Shown here in pieces: positions 58,039-64,000 of a DNA stretch of 64,000 bases. The DNA lies in IMG/VR virus record IMGVR_UViG_2599185230_000001, positions 44,395-108,394 of that record; one strand, written 5' to 3'. The DNA comes from a virus. Lineage: Duplodnaviria; Caudoviricetes. Numbering within the stretch: position 1 is the stretch's first letter; every line of letters begins with the position of its first letter. The notes beneath the pieces were generated by a model, which saw only the letters and a list, made by a program, of their open reading frames with translations, was not told the origin of the DNA and did not search any database. The position numbers and the translations under genes are program-made.

Positions 58039-59567
58039 TATTCACCACCCGCCTGTTTAAAAGTGTCATTATTAAATATTGACGGGTCGGCCACGGCTTC
58101 CTCGGCCCTTATGCGTTCCAGTTCCTTTTCTGCTTGTTCTTCGGTTAGGCTGTCCAGCCACATAACGGCGGACTTCTGGGAAATGGTAGCTTTACCGCCT
58201 GTTCTAATTGCCATAATGTTGGCCATTTCGGTTTCGTCATCCGGCAAGCCGTCCCTAAACTTAATCAGCGGGGTAAAAAGCTGGTAATTCTGTTTACCGC
58301 CCCGTGCGTGTTCCAGCATTTGAGCAATGGTTAAGACGCGTTTCAATCCCTTATTGTAATATTGCCGCTTCCGGTTGATTTTGGCCAGAATACTGTTCAT
58401 TCGCCATTTAATTGACAGGCCGCTGCTGCCGCTTGTGCCGCTGTCCCCTTTGCCCAGGGCCACGGCGGGAATTTCAGCGTTGATAAGTAAAATGTCTATA
58501 AGTTTTTCCAATTCCTGAAAAGCCGCCTGTAATTGGCCGTCCCATGTTATATACTGGGGCACGACGTCTTCTTTGCCCATGATTTCAAAGATTTTATTTA
58601 AGCCCACACGGAAAACGGGGTTTCCTTCTTCGTCCTCACTTAATAACCCAGCGGGAACGGCCATTGCTGGGTCTGCGTGCTTGTCCAATATGGCCGCAAT
58701 TTGCGAGAGCCTGTTATTAATTTCATCAAACAGCGGCTTGTTGTCGGAAAGGTCGTCAATGCCCTCCCAGATTTCGTCTGTGGCAAAGTTGGGAACGTGC
58801 ACCACCAAGGGAAAGGGCACGTCAGTCTCCACCAGTTTATAGGCGTCTTTGATTTCCGAATAAATACGCCATTCCGTTATCTCGTTATCATAGGTTATAG
58901 TCACAGGGTTCAAGTTGAATTTGCGGTAAATAATCCGGCCAGGGAAGTGGCTTTCCACGTTTAATATCCAATAGTCACCCTTTTTGTTGTCGCGGATCAG
59001 AAAAGGGACGGCGATATGGTAGGCCATGATTTTGTTCGCGTCCCCTGGAAAAGTTTCAGGGAATACGTATTCCGGGTTTTGGGCTTCGATTATGGCCCTG
59101 AAGGGGTCATACCTGGCGTCTACCATGCCGTCATATTCCTGGCCCCAGCGTATCTTGTAAAAGCTGTCCCCACGGTAAGCGTTACCCAGGGCACTTTCGT
59201 AATTAATAATGTCCAGGTTATTGTCCCCGTTTATTCGGTCGAGGGCTTTTTGCTCGTTGGAATTGTCGTCCTTGCCCGCTGAATAAGCCGTGGGTTCGCC
59301 GAAAAGAAAGTCCGCCGATTTTTTGCAAATAATGGCGGGCAAGTTTACTGATATATAAATAACGTCATTTTGGCGGCTAGTCAGCCGGTTCTGTACTCGT
59401 TTGAACACATCGTAATGTTGGCCCATGAATAACTTGCGGTTGTCCCTATAACGGGCAATACGTTCCTTGTGCGATGGTGGCGGGAAATACTCATTTATAG
59501 CAAACAGCGGGGTAGGCGGAAGGTAATACTGTTCCAGTTCTTCTGCATAGCCGATTACGCCCAGCAA
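58038..59567 (-). CDS. Portal protein (SPP1/A118-like)
   Basis: NLPAIICKKSADFLFGE, HVPN, GIDD, SGLSIK. Confidence 0.88.
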   Translation of the reverse strand: MLGVIGYAEELEQYYLPPTPLFAINEYFPPPSHKERIARYRDNRKLFMGQHYDVFKRVQNRLTSRQNDVIYISVNLPAIICKKSADFLFGEPTAYSAGKDDNSNEQKALDRINGDNNLDIINYESALGNAYRGDSFYKIRWGQEYDGMVDARYDPFRAIIEAQNPEYVFPETFPGDANKIMAYHIAVPFLIRDNKKGDYWILNVESHFPGRIIYRKFNLNPVTITYDNEITEWRIYSEIKDAYKLVETDVPFPLVVHVPNFATDEIWEGIDDLSDNKPLFDEINNRLSQIAAILDKHADPAMAVPAGLLSEDEEGNPVFRVGLNKIFEIMGKEDVVPQYITWDGQLQAAFQELEKLIDILLINAEIPAVALGKGDSGTSGSSGLSIKWRMNSILAKINRKRQYYNKGLKRVLTIAQMLEHARGGKQNYQLFTPLIKFRDGLPDDETEMANIMAIRTGGKATISQKSAVMWLDSLTEEQAEKELERIRAEEAVADPSIFNNDTFKQAGGE

Positions 59568-59623
59568 AGAAAGCCCTCCTTTGTAAGATTAGATTCACCT
59601 AATACGGTAGCCCGGCCCGGTAT

Positions 59624-61336
59624 TTACAAGCCGGAGGGCTTTTTGTGGAATGTCCTCCTTTTCCCGCTTCCGCACAATTCCACAGCCATTTGCAGGGCAT
59701 CCGGCAGGTCGTCATGGTCATGGGTGGGAAATTGTTCAAGCATTTCAATCAAGAGCCGCTGGTGCCTCATCAGCCGCAGCACGCCATTTTCAAACAGTGG
59801 TTCCAGGCTTTCAATACGTTCTTCCTTTTTGGTCTTACTAGTTACGCCTTTTAGCCTGGTAGTGTATAGGGCTTCTTTTGCCAGCCGTTCACGCAGCTGG
59901 CGGAAGAAGTCAATCTGGGCCTGTACTGTTTCCACAGCAAAAACGCGGGGCCGGTACTGTGCGATTTTGTCTACTGCCGTTTCAAGGGCTATGTGTGCCG
60001 GGCATTTTTTGGCCCAGACGTCAACACAATAAATAAGGCCCGTCCTTTTATCACGGGCCACTATTACTATAGCGTTATAATCTGAACGTGAATTTTTACC
60101 GAAGGCCAAGTCCCAGGCCCCGAAGTATTCCAGGGGCAGGGGTCTTCCTTTGTCATTTTTCAGGTCGCCGTAGTCAAAATAAGTGAATGTGTCGGGCCTA
60201 AAAATTTGGTCTTCCTCGCTGATAGGGTTGTTCATAAATTCAGAGCCGAAAGCACGGCTTCCGATGTTTACTTTTTCTAAAATCAGCTTTGCGTAATCAA
60301 AACGGGCGGGCCACAGCACTTCCACGCCCTTGTCCATTTCTTCTTTGTTGGCATAATAAAAGGCCAGGGCGTCTTCCATGCGGTTCTCATTCCCCTGGTC
60401 ACGGTAAATGTTTTCAAATTCTTCCCATAGGTCTTCCCGTTCCGGCGGGTTTACTATAGCCGCATAGACTTTGCTTTGAAAGTCGGCCCGCTGCAGGATA
60501 TGGGGCAATAAACCGGACCTATGCACAATGGTTCCCATGTAAATAAAGGCCGTCCGGTCTGGGTCGCCGATGGGTATTACCACGGAATTAAACCAGTGCA
60601 GGTTTTTGTCCCGAAGTTCGGCGGTGTTGGTGTTCTTTTGGCTTTCCAGGTCGTCGCAGATTACAAGGTCAGGACGGTAAGAGCCGTTCCTTTTGCCTCG
60701 AAGCTGTTTGCCCATTGAAGCGGCTTCCACCACTACGCCGTTTTTAGTCAGAAAGGCTTCTTGGTTGTCCTTGTCGTTAAGGGACTTTTTCGGGCTTAGC
60801 AGGTCGCCGTAGTCATCCCGTAGTTTCTTGTTATATTTTAGCTGCAGGCTGACCCATTCAATAAACTTCTTAGCGGAAGTGTCAGTTTCAGAGATCACTA
60901 AAATATATTTTCTTTTACCGAAGACAATTTGGTGAATGGGGAAGGCGTTTGACAAATAAGCTGACTTGGCGTGGCCCCTGGGGGCCGCCCAACCAATACG
61001 TGCCGTTATATTAACGTTAGAAACCTCATCCAAAATGCCGCATAATTCTCCGTGAAAGGTTGGGGCCATTTCCACGTTTATTCCTGCGGGAATTAAGTTC
61101 TGTTCGTTTTCCGGGTTGCGGTTATCGCTAAAATATTCGTACATGAAATAAAGCACGGATTCTTCCGCGTGGTCAATTCTTTTTAGTTTAAGCAGTTCGG
61201 CCATGTCTGCTTTTTGTTGGGTCATTTGGTCGGGTGTTGGCCGCTTGCCCAGCTCAAGTTTTCGGTTAATAAGACGAACTTGCTGCTCCAATAACTTGAT
61301 ACGGTCACGCCGTTGGCCGGTGTTCGTGATGTCCAA
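59624..61336 (-). CDS. Terminase large subunit
   Basis: APRGHAKS, RPDLVICDDLE, WDLAFG, HDDLPDAL. Confidence 0.93.
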   Translation of the reverse strand: MDITNTGQRRDRIKLLEQQVRLINRKLELGKRPTPDQMTQQKADMAELLKLKRIDHAEESVLYFMYEYFSDNRNPENEQNLIPAGINVEMAPTFHGELCGILDEVSNVNITARIGWAAPRGHAKSAYLSNAFPIHQIVFGKRKYILVISETDTSAKKFIEWVSLQLKYNKKLRDDYGDLLSPKKSLNDKDNQEAFLTKNGVVVEAASMGKQLRGKRNGSYRPDLVICDDLESQKNTNTAELRDKNLHWFNSVVIPIGDPDRTAFIYMGTIVHRSGLLPHILQRADFQSKVYAAIVNPPEREDLWEEFENIYRDQGNENRMEDALAFYYANKEEMDKGVEVLWPARFDYAKLILEKVNIGSRAFGSEFMNNPISEEDQIFRPDTFTYFDYGDLKNDKGRPLPLEYFGAWDLAFGKNSRSDYNAIVIVARDKRTGLIYCVDVWAKKCPAHIALETAVDKIAQYRPRVFAVETVQAQIDFFRQLRERLAKEALYTTRLKGVTSKTKKEERIESLEPLFENGVLRLMRHQRLLIEMLEQFPTHDHDDLPDALQMAVELCGSGKRRTFHKKPSGL

Positions 61337-61470
61337 TTGCTCTCACCCCCTCACACAACGCACACAATTACCCTTATTACGTACATTAGTACAAGGGTGG
61401 GGCGTTTATATTAGGCATTAAAAAAAGGCCCCGTAAAGGGCCTCCTAAGCGTTTTTACAGTTATTAAGTT

Positions 61471-62130
61471 TTAGTCTTCCAGCGGGATTTTGCTGCCCCC
61501 TGGATGGGTGCAACAATCTGTCCCGTCGTTATAGATGCAACAGCCGTGGCCGTTCACGCACCACCATTCGCTGTCTACCCGTTCCCGTTCACACGCACCT
61601 TCCGTGCTTGCGTCGTCGTCTTCCCAGGTTACTGGCCAAAAGTAGGGGTCTGCCGCCATCCGTGCCGCTTGTAGCGGGGCTACGTCCAGGCCCCAGTTTT
61701 GGAAGCCTGATAGTATGGTTTCATAGTATTCCTCCCAAGGCGGGGCTTCAACGTACTGCGGCCCCATCCGGTAAACGAAGGCTGCCTTCTTTTCGCCGTA
61801 AGCGTTCACCACCTCAACTATGTAACGGTTATACAGTCGAGGGTAGCCTTCGTACCTGTCCAGGGCTTCCAGGTCTTTAATGGTTATTCTGTACAAGGCA
61901 CCAGCCACCGCCTCGCCCTGGGCGGGTTCTATGTCAGCCACCCCGTTTCCCCGCTTGTTTCCTTTGAATGTTAGGCGGTAATCATGACACTTTACAGCCT
62001 CAAGGGGCTTGGCTGACGGGCAACGCCGCTTCATTTGACTCAGGTGTAAGTTTGATCCGTAGGCGAAGTACGGAATTAAAAGGTAGCCTTTCTTGTCTAT
62101 ATGAATTTTTTTGAATGTGTTTATTTTCAT
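61471..62130 (-). CDS. Gamma-glutamylcyclotransferase (GGCT/AIG2-like) with Cys-rich tail
   Basis: YFAYGSNL...QMKRRCP, LDRYEGYP. Confidence 0.9.
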   Translation of the reverse strand: MKINTFKKIHIDKKGYLLIPYFAYGSNLHLSQMKRRCPSAKPLEAVKCHDYRLTFKGNKRGNGVADIEPAQGEAVAGALYRITIKDLEALDRYEGYPRLYNRYIVEVVNAYGEKKAAFVYRMGPQYVEAPPWEEYYETILSGFQNWGLDVAPLQAARMAADPYFWPVTWEDDDASTEGACERERVDSEWWCVNGHGCCIYNDGTDCCTHPGGSKIPLED

Positions 62131-62161
62131 GCTGCCGCCTCCCGTGATGTTTTATACTTGT

Positions 62162-62190
62162 ATTATATTACGGAATGGCGTACACATCAA
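62162..62190 (-). promoter_or_regulatory. SigA-type promoter with operator in the spacer
   Basis: TTGATG-17-TATAAT on the minus strand. Confidence 0.7.
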
Positions 62191-62231
62191 CTATAAAAAA
62201 AGCGGTAGCTTGTACTACCGCCTTTTACCGT

Positions 62232-62513
62232 TTAGTGTTGAATAATCTGTGTTATAATGCCCGCACGTTTTAATTCCTTGACGAATTCCTCGCTGTCCTG
62301 CCAATCAATTTTAACCCCTGTTTGAATTTCGGTGCGGCGGGCCAGTTCCTTCATGTACTGTTCCACGCTGTCCTCCGGTTTCCATGACGAATCACGAAGT
62401 CTATTTATAATTTCGTCCCAGTCTTCTCCCGTCAAGGTGAGCCCATCTATAAAGTGTACTGTTAGCAATGGTAACAAGCCGCCTTTCACGTCGCCCAAGT
62501 ATTCCGGCATCAT
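62232..62513 (-). CDS. Hypothetical protein
   Basis: 93 aa; AAGGGG RBS; flanked by hairpins. Confidence 0.6.
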   Translation of the reverse strand: MMPEYLGDVKGGLLPLLTVHFIDGLTLTGEDWDEIINRLRDSSWKPEDSVEQYMKELARRTEIQTGVKIDWQDSEEFVKELKRAGIITQIIQH

Positions 62514-62585
62514 ATATATTATTCCCCTTTCGTTTTATTCTAGCCGAACGGCCAGGGGTTTTCAATCCCCCTGGCCCCCGTGGTC

Positions 62586-63452
62586 TTAGGCGGCTACGCT
62601 TGCAAAGTGTTCTCTGCGTTTCATTTGGTATTTGAAGGCTTGTCCGTATTCGGTTTTTAGGCTGTCCCTTGTTACGTCTCCGAATAGGATACGGCGAAGG
62701 CGGCGTTCGTGGTCGATGGAAGTATGGGCGTCCCTGTCCCAGTCGCCTTTTGCTATTCTCATTTTGCCGCCTTTGGCCCTTTCAACCAGGGCCTGGGTGA
62801 ATACTACCCAATTAACGGCTTTCTCGGCTTCGTGAGTGCCGCCATGTTGCCTGAACTCAATGGTGTTGTGGCGGTAATAAGCCTGGAAATTTAGTTTTTT
62901 GTAACGGTTGAACATAACTCGGTTAATGTCGTTTAAGGTTTTAGCCGCCAGCAATGCTTTTAATTCCTCGGCGTTGAAACCCCTGCAATATCTGTTACCG
63001 TTTCCCCTACGGCTGGGTGGTAATATGGCGTCCATGTAATTCTCAAATTTGTAGTAGATTGCGTACAGGTTAACAAAGTTTTCTACTTGGTAGTCTGTTA
63101 CATCGTGATGGACGTGAAGGCCGCAAGTCCGGTCAACTTTGGCCCCCGCCTTGCCCAGAGCGTTCATTACGGCTTTCAATTCTTTCAGGCCCTCCCTGCC
63201 CTTCAGGATGGGGCTTACTAATTCGTGGCCACCCCGTGTTAGGCCGGTGCCCTTGTTGTTTACGGAAACGTCGTAAATTAATTTCCAATGGCGACGGGTT
63301 GTGTGGTTGTAAGTTTCGTGGTGTACGTTAATCCCCGCCTCGTTTAAGGCTGCCAGGGCTTTTGGGGCTGTGATGCCGAAAAATTCGATTTCTACGCCAA
63401 AGGTTCTTGATTCGTTGAAGGTTACTCGGTATTCCTGTTCTCTCATTGGCAT
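62586..63452 (-). CDS. Amidoligase_2 family (COOH-NH2 ligase)
   Basis: RTFGVEIEF, WKLIYDVSV, ELVSPIL, TCGLHVH, RYKKLN, TIEFRQH. Confidence 0.9.
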   Translation of the reverse strand: MPMREQEYRVTFNESRTFGVEIEFFGITAPKALAALNEAGINVHHETYNHTTRRHWKLIYDVSVNNKGTGLTRGGHELVSPILKGREGLKELKAVMNALGKAGAKVDRTCGLHVHHDVTDYQVENFVNLYAIYYKFENYMDAILPPSRRGNGNRYCRGFNAEELKALLAAKTLNDINRVMFNRYKKLNFQAYYRHNTIEFRQHGGTHEAEKAVNWVVFTQALVERAKGGKMRIAKGDWDRDAHTSIDHERRLRRILFGDVTRDSLKTEYGQAFKYQMKRREHFASVAA

Positions 63453-63509
63453 TTTGTCGTGTCCTCCTTGATGTCGCTTGATGTTGGGTTATTGCTGTCT
63501 CGCATGTGT

Positions 63510-63538
63510 AGCTTATTACGTAATCTAGTACAAGTCAA
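63510..63538 (-). promoter_or_regulatory. SigA-type promoter with operator in the spacer
   Basis: TTGACT-17-TAAGCT on the minus strand. Confidence 0.6.
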
Positions 63539-63842
63539 GGAGATTTTGACACTTTATTTTTTGCAGAATGACACTTTATCTAAAAAACAAAAAGCCCTTA
63601 AATAAGGAGCTTTATAATACAATAACCTTCATAATTCTTTGACAGACCAAGGTTGAATAATTCTTATAATACGTAACTCAACTTTCCCACTTGCAAAATA
63701 ACCTTAATCCCAACATTTAAGCGGCCTTGCTGGAAAATAAAATAGCCCTTGACAATCATTGAGAAAAAATAGAAAAGACACCAATCCTTTTGGTAAAATG
63801 GAATTGCCAAAAACCAAAATTACCAGACCAAGGAAGGTGTCC

Positions 63843-64000
63843 ATGATCATGATAATAAAAAACGCAGGGGTTAAGCAACTGCCAAAAAGTCTCCAATCTA
63901 CGTTTTTAGAATTAAAAATATCAAATTACTTACGTAAAGCTGGCATAGTTAAAGGATTGGGATTCTCTTGTCTAACAGTTTTTTGTTTGGTTTTCTCGAT
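63843..64000 (+). CDS. Probable IS4-family transposase, N-terminus only (cut by window edge)
   Basis: MIMIIKNAGVKQLPKSLQSTFLELKISNYLRKAGIVKGLGFSCLTVFCLVF resembles Bacillota IS4 transposase starts; AGGAAGGTG RBS. Confidence 0.6.
   Translation, partial: MIMIIKNAGVKQLPKSLQSTFLELKISNYLRKAGIVKGLGFSCLTVFCLVFS

Larger units (their letters stand above)
18290..63600 (-). mobile_element. Siphovirus-type prophage of about 45 kb (boundaries approximate)
   Basis: Contiguous co-oriented terminase, head, tail, lysis, replication and nucleotide-metabolism modules; no att site or integrase seen. Confidence 0.9.

Noticed and set aside
1-64000. CRISPR array, DGR or retron
   Set aside because: No regularly spaced repeat-spacer array, no reverse transcriptase motifs and no template/variable repeat pair were seen.

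Overview
Almost the whole window is mobile DNA from what looks like an anaerobic, spore-forming Bacillota (Clostridia-like) host; the host assignment is an inference. (1) 1-2157: the repressor end of a probable Mu-like transposable prophage, whose TGT terminus sits in the last codons of a tyrosine recombinase gene. (2) About 2158-15657: a decayed integrative element at tRNA-Cys(GCA) (15636-15710). It carries a C5 DNA methyltransferase, Spo0E-like and ferritin-like cargo, two tandem repressor/Cro switches separated by an 88-bp duplication, ImmA, a HicA-type toxin-antitoxin pair and a broken large serine recombinase. (3) 16.2-18.2 kb: a lone P-loop ATPase and a small mTERF-repeat-like protein. 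(4) About 18.3-63.6 kb: a roughly 45-kb siphovirus-type prophage, almost all on the minus strand, running from amidoligase/GGCT through terminase, head, tail, lysis, replication (PolA, primase, helicase), its own sigma factor and NrdDG/dUTPase/ThyX to a methyltransferase. No integrase or small terminase gene is visible. (5) The start of an IS4-like transposase at the right edge. The main signal found by reading the DNA is three separate cis-motif sets in the large prophage. The first is an asymmetric 10-mer, AAGTGTCATT, present 20 times exactly (37 times for the 8-mer core), in both orientations, inside and between genes, and not seen elsewhere in the window. The second is five promoters with identical spacing (GTCAC...CGGTAGA). 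The third is five 18-bp operators. All counts were made by eye and need computational confirmation.
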